Positions 17,600 through 27,328 of a stretch of 64,000 nt of DNA are shown here, piece by piece. The notes beneath the pieces were generated by a model. It worked only from the letters and a program-made list of their open reading frames with translations. It made no database searches and was not told the origin of the DNA. Origin of the DNA: Christensenella sp. UBA4263 (GTDB lineage Bacteria > Bacillota > Clostridia > Christensenellales > Aristaeellaceae). The stretch spans positions 23,325 through 87,324 of the forward strand of contig DGWH01000092.1 of the NCBI GenBank assembly GCA_002395225.1, given 5' to 3'. The position numbers were made by a program, and so were the translations under genes. Each line of letters opens with the position of its first letter. The stretch's first letter is position 1.

Positions 17600-18490
17600 A
17601 TGGATAAGGACGGGAAGTTTTATTCCGGATTTGCTGCGATTGTCGGCCGGCCGAATGTGGGCAAATCAACGCTCATGAATGCCATGGTCGGCGAAAAGGT
17701 GGCCATCGTATCCAGTAAGCCGCAGACGACCAGAAACCGGATTATGGGCGTTTCCACCGGTGAAAACTGGCAGCTCGTCTTTCTGGATACCCCCGGGATG
17801 CATGAACCCAGAACCAAACTGGGGGAATACATGGTCAAAAGCATCCACGATGCCATGGAGGGAATTGACGTTCTCATCGTCGTTCTGGCCATCAATGAGA
17901 TCGGAAAACAGGACCGGGCTATTGTCGAACAGATGTGCGCAACAAACGTGCCGAAAGTTCTGGTGCTGAACAAGACGGATACGGTCCCTGAAAATGTGAT
18001 CTTTGAGCGCCTCAAGGAATTTGCCGACGCCGGATATGACGCAGTCATCCCGGTCAGCGCCGAGGGCGGACAGGGCATGGGCGAGCTCCGGCATTCGCTG
18101 GTAAAGCTGCTGCCGGAAGGGCCCAAATACTTCCCGGAGGATATGATGACCGACCAGCCGGAGCGGCTGATCTGCGGGGAAATCATCCGTGAAAAAGCGC
18201 TTCTGCATCTTCGCGACGAAGTGCCTCACGGTATTGGCGTCGAGATGATGCGCATTGAGGCCGTCAGTGATCATCTGACGGAGATTCATGCCACCCTGTA
18301 CTGTGAGCGGAGCAGCCATAAAGGCATCATCATCGGAAAACAGGGAAGCATGCTCAAGCTCATCGGCCAGGAAGCCAGGCAGGATATCGAAAAGCTGCTG
18401 GGGACGAAAGTCAACCTGCAGCTCTGGGTAAAGGTCCGGGAGGACTGGCGCAACAAGCCCTCGGATCTGCACACCCTGGGTTACGAATAA
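17600..18490 (+). CDS. era: GTPase Era
   Basis: GRPNVGKSTLMN, DTPG and NKTD motifs, plus a C-terminal KH domain (IIIGKQGSMLKLIG). Confidence 0.9.
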   Translation: MDKDGKFYSGFAAIVGRPNVGKSTLMNAMVGEKVAIVSSKPQTTRNRIMGVSTGENWQLVFLDTPGMHEPRTKLGEYMVKSIHDAMEGIDVLIVVLAINEIGKQDRAIVEQMCATNVPKVLVLNKTDTVPENVIFERLKEFADAGYDAVIPVSAEGGQGMGELRHSLVKLLPEGPKYFPEDMMTDQPERLICGEIIREKALLHLRDEVPHGIGVEMMRIEAVSDHLTEIHATLYCERSSHKGIIIGKQGSMLKLIGQEARQDIEKLLGTKVNLQLWVKVREDWRNKPSDLHTLGYE

Positions 18491-18498
18491 ACGCAGAC

Positions 18499-18534
18499 AA
18501 AATGAACTGCCCTCAGGCGAGGGCAGTTCATTTT
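18499..18534. terminator. Bidirectional terminator between era and the convergent activase operon
   Basis: AAAATGAACTGCCCTC-aggc-GAGGGCAGTTCATTTT, a perfect 16-bp stem flanked by an A-run and a T-run. Confidence 0.8.
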
Positions 18535-19876
18535 ATGTATGCGATTTTTTCGTTCGGTTGTCCCAGGCACGCTGTGCCTCGGCCATCAGCTCATCCTGTG
18601 CAATCAGGGCGTCCTGCTGCTGCTTTTTCGCTTCCTGATCATGCGCCACGGCCAGCATCAGGCGAATCCGGTTCTCCTGATTGACCTTTGTGGCGGAGAG
18701 ATCATAGTCAATGGGCACAATGTTGATTCCGGGATGAACCTCGGTCAGGCGCCGGATCATGCCCTTGCCGTTGATGTGATTGGGGAGACAGCCAAAGGGC
18801 TGGGTACAGACGATGTTCTCATAGCCGTTTTCCGCCAGTTCCAGCATCTCCGCGGTCAGCAGCCATCCTTCGCCCATCTTGGAGCCGTATCCGATGACCC
18901 CTTTGACCAGGGACTTGATATGACTGTACCGGGTGGGCGGGACAAACCGGTCATGTCCTTTGAACGCCTCGATCAGGATGCGTTCCATCCGCTGACAGTA
19001 CCGGAGGAACAGCTTGCAGAAAATGAGCTTGAAAACGTTGCCGCCATACAGATGGATATCCTCAATCCGGTTGTCGATTTTGAAGAGGATGAATCCCATA
19101 ATGCCCGGCAGCATGTACTCACAGTCCTGTTTTCTCAGGAACTCCTCCAGGCCGTTATTGCCAAGCGAGGAGTATTTTACGTAGATTTCACCGACAATGC
19201 CCACCTTCGTCTTCGGCTCACGGCTGCGCTCAATGGCATCAAACTCGTTGACGATCTGCCGGAGATTTTCACGCATCTCCCTGTATCCGAGGCCTTTGCC
19301 CACGTTAAACTGCTCAATGAGACGCTCATTCCATGTCTCCACCAGTTTATCCGTCTGGCCTTTCTGGTATTCATACGGCCGGGTCTGATTGGAGGCACAC
19401 ATGATGCAGTCCCCGTAGATCAGCGAGGCAATGAGCTGACGCAGAAGGGGAATGGTCAGCTTAAATCCGGAGGCGTGTTCAAGGCCGGAAAGGTTGGCAG
19501 AAATGACGGGAATATAGTCAAGACCGGCTTTCCGGAGCGCCTTCCGCAAAAGGAAAATATAGTTGCTGGCACGGCAGCCGCCGCCGGTCTGGGTAATGAT
19601 CAGGGCAGTTTTGTGCAGATCATATTCGCCGGAATGCAGGGCATCCAGGAACTGCCCGATGACCAGCAGCGCCGGAACACAGGTATCATTGTGGACGTAT
19701 TTCAGTCCCTCTGCCATGACATTCGGCCCGTGGTTTTTGAGCACAACGGCATTGTACCCGTTCAGCCGCAGCACCTTTTCAATCAGGGAAAAATGGAATT
19801 CCAGCATATTGGGGACCAGAATGGTATAGCCCTGGTCCCGCATTTCCTTTGTAAATTCTACATGTTGTATGTCCAC
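18533..19876 (-). CDS. 2-hydroxyacyl-CoA dehydratase-related (DUF2229-like) partner protein of the activase
   Basis: 447 aa. Its start abuts the stop of the upstream activase gene (19876/19877). The family call is from recollection of the C-terminal part of ~1400-aa 'CoA-substrate-specific enzyme activase' proteins. Confidence 0.55.
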   Translation of the reverse strand: MDIQHVEFTKEMRDQGYTILVPNMLEFHFSLIEKVLRLNGYNAVVLKNHGPNVMAEGLKYVHNDTCVPALLVIGQFLDALHSGEYDLHKTALIITQTGGGCRASNYIFLLRKALRKAGLDYIPVISANLSGLEHASGFKLTIPLLRQLIASLIYGDCIMCASNQTRPYEYQKGQTDKLVETWNERLIEQFNVGKGLGYREMRENLRQIVNEFDAIERSREPKTKVGIVGEIYVKYSSLGNNGLEEFLRKQDCEYMLPGIMGFILFKIDNRIEDIHLYGGNVFKLIFCKLFLRYCQRMERILIEAFKGHDRFVPPTRYSHIKSLVKGVIGYGSKMGEGWLLTAEMLELAENGYENIVCTQPFGCLPNHINGKGMIRRLTEVHPGINIVPIDYDLSATKVNQENRIRLMLAVAHDQEAKKQQQDALIAQDELMAEAQRAWDNRTKKSHT

Positions 19877-22831
19877 TCACATGCCCTCCTTGCGCTTACC
19901 GGCTTCCTGCTGGTCAATCGCTGCAAACAGAGACCGGAGACGGATACGAACCGCACCAAGATTGGTGATTTCATCAATTTTGATCTGTGTATAGATTTTC
20001 CCGGCATCCTCCAGAATTTCTCGGACCTCATCGGTGGTAATCGCATCCACGCCGCAGCCGAAGGATACCAGCTGAACCAGATTGATATCCGGCTGAGAGG
20101 TAATGTACTTGGCAGCTGCGTACAGACGGGAATGATAGGTCCACTGATTCAGGACATGCACCGGTTCCTTATGCATATACGCGCTCAGCGAGTCCTCGGT
20201 GATGACCGCGGCGCCAAATCCGGCAATCAGGCGGTCAATTCCGTGATTGATTTCAGGATCCACATGGTACGGCCGGCCGATGAGGCAGATGATGCGGCGT
20301 TTCTCGGCGCGGGCCCTGTCCATCATTTCCGCACCGGTTTTCCGGATGTCCTGCATCCATTCCTCATAGGCCGCATAGGCCCGGTCACAGGCATGGTGCA
20401 CTTCCGCCCGGGTGATGTCCGGAAAGTGTTTCTTCAGGATATGATAGAACTTTCCGGGGAAATGATGCCGGTGGTCAATGCCCACATAGTCATGGATAAA
20501 CCGGATATTCCGCACCGCAGGCATATTGGCCGAGATGACCTCCGGATAATACGCCACCACCGGGCAGTTATAGTGATTATCGCCCAGCTGCTCATCCATA
20601 TTGTAGGACATGCAGGGGTAGAAGATGGTATCAAGTCCCTGATCGATCAGCCACTGAATATGGCCGTGCAGCAGTTTGGCCGGGAAACAGACCGTGTCCG
20701 AGGGGATGGTGGCCTGTCCGGAAATGTACAGCTCCCGGGTGGAATAGGGGGACACCACCGGATCAAAGCCCAGATCCGTGAACAGCGCATGCCAAAACGG
20801 GAGCAGCTCAAACAGATTGAGTCCCATGGGAATGCCGATCCGGCCTCTGCGTGGATGCTCGGGGTGCGCATTTCGAAGGGCCGTGATTTTGGCCTGCTTG
20901 TAGGCATACAGGTTGAGCCCGTCGTCCTTTTTCGCCCCGGTTACCGGGCGGTCGCAGCGGTTGCCGCTGATGTATTTCCGTTTGTCGCCAAAGTTGTGCA
21001 CCGTGAGACGGCAATGGTTTTCGCACAGGCCGCACCGGACCTCCTTGACGGAGTGCTGGAACTGGTCGATGGCCTCAAGATCCAGAATGGTGCTCTGGCC
21101 CGGATGAATCCCACGCTGGGTCCTGGCGTACAAGGCCGCGCCGTAGGCACCCATCAGCCCGGCAATGTCCGGCCGGATCACCTCGACCCCCAGTTCCTTT
21201 TCAAACGCACGGAGGACCGCATCATTGAGGAACGTGCCGCCCTGCACGACAATTCGTTTTCCCAGCTCTTCCGGACGGCCGCAGCGAATGACCTTGTAAA
21301 GGGCATTCTTGACAACGGAGATGGACAGACCGGCAGAGATGTCCGTAATATCCGCGCCGTCTTTCTGGGCCTGCTTGACCGAGGAATTCATGAATACGGT
21401 GCAGCGGCTGCCCAGATCCACCGGCCGCCTGGCAGCCAGGCCAAGCTGCGCAAAATCCGCAATGGGGTAGCCCAGGGCTCCGGCAAATGTCTGCAGGAAG
21501 GACCCGCAGCCGGAGGAACAGGCCTCATTCAGGAAGATGTTGTCAATGGCCCCGTTATGGATCTTAAAGCATTTGATGTCCTGTCCGCCGATATCGATAA
21601 TAAAATCGACATCGGGGAGAAACGAACGGGCAGCTTCGAAATGGGCCACCGTTTCAACCAGACCGAAATCCACGCCAAACGCGTTCCGGATCAGGTCCTC
21701 ACCGTAACCGGTGACCGCGCCGGCGAGAATGTTCCAGGAGGGATATTTGGTCCGCACATCCCGGATAAAATCAAGCACATGGGGAACAGGGTCGCCCTCA
21801 TTGCCCTGATAGCGGGTCAGCAGCAGCTGACCGTCCCGGGAGACGACCACGGACTTGATGGTGGTGGAACCGGAATCAATGCCCAGATACACATCGCCGG
21901 AATAGGTGTCCGGATCAAGAACCGGCACCTTTGACCGGGCATGCCGCCGGCGGAATTCAGCCAGTTCCTTTTCTGACTCAAACAGCGGGGGAAGCGCATT
22001 ATAGGATTCCGTGCTGTGAAAGGCATCGATCGCATCAATGCATTCCTTCAGCCGAACCGGCGCAGAGGGCTGCTTGGCCGCACCGAACGCCACATAATAC
22101 AGCGAATTTTCCGGGCAAACCCCTTTCAGATGAAGCACCTCATCAAAACAGGCCCGCAGCTCGCTGAGGAAGGTCAGGGGGCCGCCGAGATACAGCACGT
22201 TCCCTTCAATGGGCCGTCCCTGGGCCAGCCCGGCAATGGTCTGGTTGACCACCGCCATGAAAATGGAACGGGAGATGTCCTCATGTCTGGCGCCCTGGTT
22301 GAGGAGCGGCTGGACATCCGTCTTGGCAAAAACGCCGCAGCGGGAGGCGATGGTATAGGTCTTTTCGGCCCGTGCCGCCGCCTCGTTCATATCCGTGGGG
22401 GTCGTATTGAGAAGGGTCGCCATCTGATCAATAAACGCACCCGTGCCGCCTGCACAGGATCCGTTCATCCGGACCTCCAGCGTCCCCTGAAGAAACAAGA
22501 TTTTGGCATCCTCGCCGCCCAGCTCAATGATGCAGTCCGTCCCCGGCATCAGCGTATCTGCGGCCACCTTCGTCGCATAGACCTCCTGAACAAAGGACAG
22601 TCTGGCGCCAAGGGCAAGGCCCATGCCGGCAGAACCGGAAATGCTGATACAAACAGGCTCATCATGGATAAACTCCTGATTAAGCCGGGTGAGAAACTCC
22701 TTGGTTTTCTGTGTTATGAGTGAGTAATGACGCTCGTAACAGGAATAGAGGATGGAATCATGCTCATCGAGAACAACGCACTTGATCGTCGTAGAGCCGA
22801 TATCCAGGCCGATTCTGTACTGATTTGCCAT
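19877..22831 (-). CDS. Double BcrAD/BadFG-type ATPase ('CoA-substrate-specific enzyme activase') with dehydratase-like C-terminal domain
   Basis: It has two actin-fold ATPase modules: GLDIGSTTIKCVV...GGEDAK and GIDSGSTTIKSVV...GGQDIK. The start at MANQYRIGLDIGS (22831) was preferred over the listed 23038. Confidence 0.7.
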   Translation of the reverse strand: MANQYRIGLDIGSTTIKCVVLDEHDSILYSCYERHYSLITQKTKEFLTRLNQEFIHDEPVCISISGSAGMGLALGARLSFVQEVYATKVAADTLMPGTDCIIELGGEDAKILFLQGTLEVRMNGSCAGGTGAFIDQMATLLNTTPTDMNEAAARAEKTYTIASRCGVFAKTDVQPLLNQGARHEDISRSIFMAVVNQTIAGLAQGRPIEGNVLYLGGPLTFLSELRACFDEVLHLKGVCPENSLYYVAFGAAKQPSAPVRLKECIDAIDAFHSTESYNALPPLFESEKELAEFRRRHARSKVPVLDPDTYSGDVYLGIDSGSTTIKSVVVSRDGQLLLTRYQGNEGDPVPHVLDFIRDVRTKYPSWNILAGAVTGYGEDLIRNAFGVDFGLVETVAHFEAARSFLPDVDFIIDIGGQDIKCFKIHNGAIDNIFLNEACSSGCGSFLQTFAGALGYPIADFAQLGLAARRPVDLGSRCTVFMNSSVKQAQKDGADITDISAGLSISVVKNALYKVIRCGRPEELGKRIVVQGGTFLNDAVLRAFEKELGVEVIRPDIAGLMGAYGAALYARTQRGIHPGQSTILDLEAIDQFQHSVKEVRCGLCENHCRLTVHNFGDKRKYISGNRCDRPVTGAKKDDGLNLYAYKQAKITALRNAHPEHPRRGRIGIPMGLNLFELLPFWHALFTDLGFDPVVSPYSTRELYISGQATIPSDTVCFPAKLLHGHIQWLIDQGLDTIFYPCMSYNMDEQLGDNHYNCPVVAYYPEVISANMPAVRNIRFIHDYVGIDHRHHFPGKFYHILKKHFPDITRAEVHHACDRAYAAYEEWMQDIRKTGAEMMDRARAEKRRIICLIGRPYHVDPEINHGIDRLIAGFGAAVITEDSLSAYMHKEPVHVLNQWTYHSRLYAAAKYITSQPDINLVQLVSFGCGVDAITTDEVREILEDAGKIYTQIKIDEITNLGAVRIRLRSLFAAIDQQEAGKRKEGM

Positions 22832-22973
22832 TGATAATCCCCTTTGCGTAAATCTATGGTTCCAACTGATGCTGTCCTGTTTTGCTTTCTCAGGCGTAAC
22901 ATGGCACGCTTTTTTTCTCTGCTGGTAAGAAAAAGACATAAAAATATAAAGGGACAGACTCAATCGAAACGAT

Positions 22974-23002
22974 ATTATAAGCGATTCCGTTAGGTTTGAC
23001 AA
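22974..23002 (-). promoter_or_regulatory. Promoter of the activase operon
   Basis: On the minus strand: TTGTCA, a 17-nt spacer, then TATAAT. Confidence 0.55.
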
Positions 23003-23034
23003 GCTCGACTTTCCCCGGGTCAATCCTCCGCCGT

Positions 23035-23069
23035 GCAAAAAAGACAGCCTGCAGTTTGTGCAGACTGTC
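23035..23069 (-). terminator. recR terminator
   Basis: Minus strand: GACAGTCTGCA-caaac-TGCAGGCTGTC followed by TTTTTTG. Confidence 0.7.
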
Positions 23070-23074
23070 GATTT

Positions 23075-23674
23075 TTACATTTCGCGGCGCCCGGAAACCG
23101 CACGTGAGAGCGTGACCTCATCCGTATATTCAAGGTCTCCGCCCACGGGCAGACCATGAGCGATTCGGGTGACAAGAACGCCTTTCGGCTTGAGCAGACG
23201 AGCAATGTAACTGGCCGTTGCCTCTCCCTCAATGTCCGGATTTGTCGCCATGATCACCTCTTTGACGGATTCCTTTTCAATCCGGTCCAGCAGTTCGCGG
23301 ATGCGGATATCCTCCGGTCCGATGCCGTTCATGGGGGAAAGAATGCCGTGCAGGACATGGTAAGTGCCCCGGTATTCATGCATCCGTTCCATGGCCGCAA
23401 CATCCCGCGGATCCTTCACGACACAGATAATGCCGTTGTGGCGTTCCGGATTCTGACAGATGGGACAGGGATCACTGACCGTGAAATTCCCGCAGATGCT
23501 GCAGTACCGGATGGCCTTGCGTCCCTGCCAGATCGCTGCGGCAAGCTCCCGGACCTGATCCTCCGGCTGCGAGGCAATGTGATAGGCGAGACGAAGGGCG
23601 GTCTTGCTGCCGATTCCAGGCAGACGGGCCAGCTGCTGCTGCATGCGGGAAATCGGTTCAATCTGCTCAGCCAT
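23075..23674 (-). CDS. recR: Recombination protein RecR
   Basis: [18 protein letters not shown] helix-hairpin-helix, a C4 zinc finger (CSICGN..CPIC) and a Toprim domain. Confidence 0.9.
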   Translation of the reverse strand: MAEQIEPISRMQQQLARLPGIGSKTALRLAYHIASQPEDQVRELAAAIWQGRKAIRYCSICGNFTVSDPCPICQNPERHNGIICVVKDPRDVAAMERMHEYRGTYHVLHGILSPMNGIGPEDIRIRELLDRIEKESVKEVIMATNPDIEGEATASYIARLLKPKGVLVTRIAHGLPVGGDLEYTDEVTLSRAVSGRREM

Positions 23675-23676
23675 GC

Positions 23677-24021
23677 TCAGAACAACCCGCCCATTCCGGT
23701 GGCTCCGCTCAGTTTGGACATCTGTGCCTCCCGGTTATCCTCACCCTGCTTCAGCGCATCGTTGACCGCTGCCAGAATGGTATCCTCGAGCATTTCCACA
23801 TCGTCCGGATCCACCACATCTTTATTGATTTTAAGAGAAACAAGCTGCCTGAGTCCGTTTACCGTGCAGGTGACCGCACCGCCGCCGGCAGTTCCCGTAT
23901 ATTCCATACTGTCAAGTTTCTCATTCATTTCAAGTGCCTGCTGCTGCAGTTTCTGTGCCTGACGCATCAGCTGCTGCATATTATTTCCTCCCGGAAATCC
24001 GGAAAATCCTCCACGTGCCAT
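23677..24021 (-). CDS. ybaB: YbaB/EbfC nucleoid-associated protein
   Basis: 114 aa with [14 protein letters not shown]...[11 protein letters not shown]. It lies immediately upstream of recR. Confidence 0.85.
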   Translation of the reverse strand: MARGGFSGFPGGNNMQQLMRQAQKLQQQALEMNEKLDSMEYTGTAGGGAVTCTVNGLRQLVSLKINKDVVDPDDVEMLEDTILAAVNDALKQGEDNREAQMSKLSGATGMGGLF

Positions 24022-24215
24022 GACGTTTTACCTCCTAACTGATGATGGGCCCTATTATACATGAGATGCCGTGAAAATGGAAGTAAGAAGTTTTGATGGT
24101 CCCTGCAATGGTTTTCCCTTCGCGAGATGATTGATTTTCTCTTCGTTGTGAGATAAAATAATTAGCAAAAACGTGATACATTTAGGGTCGCACAGATGAC
24201 TTCAACGGAGGGGTT

Positions 24216-25406
24216 ATGCAAAAAATCACGAAAATGCTGAATGGGCGCTGGATCCCGTATACCGTCGCAACTTGTTCTGCCGTCGTCCTTTATGTCTTCC
24301 TTACAAATTTCCATAACATTCACTCGGCTTTCAACGCGCTGATCGGATATACCTTTCCGGTGGTGATGGCCATCATTATTGCATATATTCTCGATCCGCT
24401 TGTCCGTTTTTTTGAACGCTTTCCCTTCGGAAAGCTGAAAAACCGGCATCTTGCCAGAAACCTTTCTGTCGGACTGGCGTTTCTGTTTCTTCTTGTTTTC
24501 GTCATTATCCTGATGTCGGCCCTGATCCCGCAGCTGATTTCAAGCGTACTGAGTTTCATTGACAATATGGACGGATACATTACGCAGCTGCTGAACCTGA
24601 TCAATTCCTTCGGACTGACCGTTGAGCAGAATGTCGAGGGCATTAATCTGGACCTGTCTGCCGTGACGACGTACAGCGCCAATATTCTCGGCACGATTTC
24701 GAAATACCTGCGGGAAAACCTTTCCGTCGTTCTCAGCAGTTCCACCACCATCGGCAGCCGCATCTTTACCTGGATTATTGCCTTTATTCTTTCCATCTAC
24801 TTTCTGATCGACCTTAAATCGATTATCCGGGGTGTCAGGCGTCTGCTGAAACTGATTGTTCCGGAGGACAAGCAGATGGGTCTGCGCCTTTTCCTCTCAA
24901 AATGCAATGCCATTATCGGAAAATACGTGGTATTTGCACTGATTGATGCACTCATTGTCGGATTTTCCAATTTCATCTTTATGACCATCATGAAGATGCC
25001 TTATGCGGTCCTGATTTCCGTCGTGGTCGGGGTAACCAACCTGGCACCGACTTTCGGCCCGCTGGTCGGTGCCGTGATCGGGGCATTTATCCTGCTCCTG
25101 GCCGACCCCTGGAACGCGCTTGCGTTCATCATCTTTACCATTATTCTGCAGACCATTGACGGGTATGTCATCAAACCGAAGATGTTCGGCGGCACACTCG
25201 GGGTTTCATCGGTCGTTATTCTTGCCTTTATCATTATCGGCGGGCGCATGTTCGGCATCTGGGGGCTGCTTCTGGCGATTCCGACGGCTGCGATTGCCGA
25301 CTTTGTCTATAACGAACTGTTCCTGCCATGGCTTGAAAAGCGCAAAAAGGCCGCACAGGAACAGAAAAAGAAACAGCTGCAGGAACAGGCCGCGGCAAAG
25401 CAGTGA
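24216..25406 (+). CDS. AI-2E family transporter (UPF0118/PerM)
   Basis: 396 aa polytopic membrane protein containing VGVTNLAPTFGPLVGA and the ILQTIDGYVIKPKMFG signature. Confidence 0.75.
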   Translation: MQKITKMLNGRWIPYTVATCSAVVLYVFLTNFHNIHSAFNALIGYTFPVVMAIIIAYILDPLVRFFERFPFGKLKNRHLARNLSVGLAFLFLLVFVIILMSALIPQLISSVLSFIDNMDGYITQLLNLINSFGLTVEQNVEGINLDLSAVTTYSANILGTISKYLRENLSVVLSSSTTIGSRIFTWIIAFILSIYFLIDLKSIIRGVRRLLKLIVPEDKQMGLRLFLSKCNAIIGKYVVFALIDALIVGFSNFIFMTIMKMPYAVLISVVVGVTNLAPTFGPLVGAVIGAFILLLADPWNALAFIIFTIILQTIDGYVIKPKMFGGTLGVSSVVILAFIIIGGRMFGIWGLLLAIPTAAIADFVYNELFLPWLEKRKKAAQEQKKKQLQEQAAAKQ

Positions 25407-25460
25407 CCCGAGCAGGCAAATCAGCCCGGGCTCAGCTTCGGGCCTGAGGAGGAACGTCAG

Positions 25461-26264
25461 ATGGACTTTACGCGAATTCGGTCTGAAATCGAAAAGCTGG
25501 AGGGGAACATCGGCATCGCCATTGAGGCGGGCGATGGCACCCGGTATCAGTTTAACGGCGATATGCCGATTGAGGCCGCGTCGGTGATTAAGCTGCCGAT
25601 TATGGGCGCCGTATTTGAAGCCGCTCAGGAAGAGCGGATACAGCTGGATCAGCTGGTGGAAACACGGGCGGAGGAGATGATGCCGGGCTGCGGTGTCCTG
25701 ACCCGCCTGCATCCCGGTCTTCGTCTGACCGTGCGGGATCTGGTGGTTCTGATGATCATCGTTTCCGATAATACGGCGACAAACGGCCTGATTGATCTGG
25801 TCGGAATGGACGCCATAAACCGCTTTATTGACCGCCAGGGCCTCCGCGGAACACGGCTGCGCCGGAAACTGTTTGATGCTGCTTTGTCCGCAAAGGGCAT
25901 CCAGAATACCGTTGCGGCAAATGACATGTCCCTGCTGCTCCGGCGCATTCTGAACAGGGAGCTGGTCAGTCCGCAGGCCTCCGGTGAGATGCTTGAGATC
26001 CTTTCCGCTCAGCAGCTGAACGGGAAGATACCGTTCTATCTTTCCTCCAATTCAGAGGGAACAAAGCCGGCTTATCCGGATGTGGACTGTGCACATAAAA
26101 CAGGCGAGGATGAGGGAATTACACACGATGTCGGCATCCTTTTCACGGAGAGTCCCTCGATCCTCTGTTTTCTCAGCGAGAAGACGGAGGTGCAGCGGGC
26201 CCTTCGCGCGATTCAGAAAATCGCTGGGCTCCTTGCCTATCCGGATCGGACCAATTTTGCATAA
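25461..26264 (+). CDS. Class A beta-lactamase-like serine hydrolase, no signal peptide
   Basis: It has S-x-x-K (ASVIKL), SDN (VSDNTATN) and KTG (HKTGED) motifs. No N-terminal hydrophobic signal is present. Confidence 0.65.
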   Translation: MDFTRIRSEIEKLEGNIGIAIEAGDGTRYQFNGDMPIEAASVIKLPIMGAVFEAAQEERIQLDQLVETRAEEMMPGCGVLTRLHPGLRLTVRDLVVLMIIVSDNTATNGLIDLVGMDAINRFIDRQGLRGTRLRRKLFDAALSAKGIQNTVAANDMSLLLRRILNRELVSPQASGEMLEILSAQQLNGKIPFYLSSNSEGTKPAYPDVDCAHKTGEDEGITHDVGILFTESPSILCFLSEKTEVQRALRAIQKIAGLLAYPDRTNFA

Positions 26265-26393
26265 TGACTGACCGGACTTCAAAAGCGCCCTAAACCGTCA
26301 AAAAGAATAGGATTTGTCCTCTGTTTATGGTATACTTGACGCAAAGTAACGAAGCATTCTTTTTTGTGATCAGTTGATTCTGAGAGGATAACA

Positions 26394-27203
26394 ATGAAAA
26401 AATCACACGCAAGAAAAATAAAGGGATATCTGAGTCTGCTGCCAAAATGGGTCTATTATCTGGGCTCCCTATTTATCGCCGGTCCCGTCGGTCCGATTAT
26501 CTTTTTCATCCTGTTTACGGTTCTGGACAGGGCCGAGAATGTGCTTGATGATGACAGCGACGAAACAACCTCCACCTATTCCCAGACGTTTCATCAGTAC
26601 CGGCCCTCCGGTGCCGGGAACCGCGGAAACGTCGTCGTCGGGGATGACTATACGGTAAGGGATGAGGAACCCGCTGCTGCCGCTTCCGGATCATCCTCCC
26701 GCCAGAAATCGCAGAAGCCGTTTGAGGAGGAGGAAATCCCTTCATTTGATTCATCCGATGTCCGGGAAATCATCGCGCAGGGCGAACGGGCACTGGAAAT
26801 GATCCGGCGGGCGAACAGCCGTATTCCGGATCCGACGCTTTCAGCCACCATCGACTCCATTGAAACCAGCTGCCGGCAGATTCTTGACATCCTTGGACAG
26901 AAAGAGGAAATTCTGCCTCAGATGCGGACCTTCCTTCGTTATTATCTGCCGACAACCCTGAAACTGCTCAGTGCCCGGGCCAGGCTGGACCGAAGCGCAT
27001 ATACGGCCAAAGCCAGGGAAGTCCGCAGCCGGATTAACAAGGCTTTGGGTGAAGTGGATGCTGCGTTCAAGAAGCAGCTGGAATCCCTGGATGAATACCG
27101 CTTTGTCGATCTGGAAAGTGAGATTGACGTCCTCACGGATATGCTCAAGGCAGACGGACTGCTGGATGAGGACAATGACCGGCAGACACAGGCCGGTCAC
27201 TGA
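26394..27203 (+). CDS. XpaC-like (5-bromo-4-chloroindolyl phosphate hydrolysis family) membrane-anchored protein
   Basis: An N-terminal TM pair and a C-terminal region with FLRYYLPTTLKLL...DEYRFVDLESEIDVL. The family assignment is from memory of the YYLPT motif. Confidence 0.45.
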   Translation: MKKSHARKIKGYLSLLPKWVYYLGSLFIAGPVGPIIFFILFTVLDRAENVLDDDSDETTSTYSQTFHQYRPSGAGNRGNVVVGDDYTVRDEEPAAAASGSSSRQKSQKPFEEEEIPSFDSSDVREIIAQGERALEMIRRANSRIPDPTLSATIDSIETSCRQILDILGQKEEILPQMRTFLRYYLPTTLKLLSARARLDRSAYTAKAREVRSRINKALGEVDAAFKKQLESLDEYRFVDLESEIDVLTDMLKADGLLDEDNDRQTQAGH

Positions 27204-27328
27204 TAAAAGGAGCCGGCAGCGGTTAACGTGAATGTGGCATTTGCCGCAGCAGCACATTGCCGGATATGAACACCGGATATTTCGCGATGCCGAAAGCCCA
27301 TACTGCGGCTGAGGAAGATAGACATCTT

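Noticed and set aside
18539-21934. An 1131-aa + strand ORF across the activase operon.
   Set aside because: It is antisense to two minus-strand genes with clear BcrAD/BadFG motifs. Its translation is low-complexity and Gly/Arg/His/Asp-rich, and it starts inside the era terminator.
24022-24215. dnaX is absent upstream of ybaB-recR.
   Set aside because: The dnaX-ybaB-recR linkage is common but not universal. The region is a plain divergent promoter region, and nothing in the sequence suggests a deletion scar.
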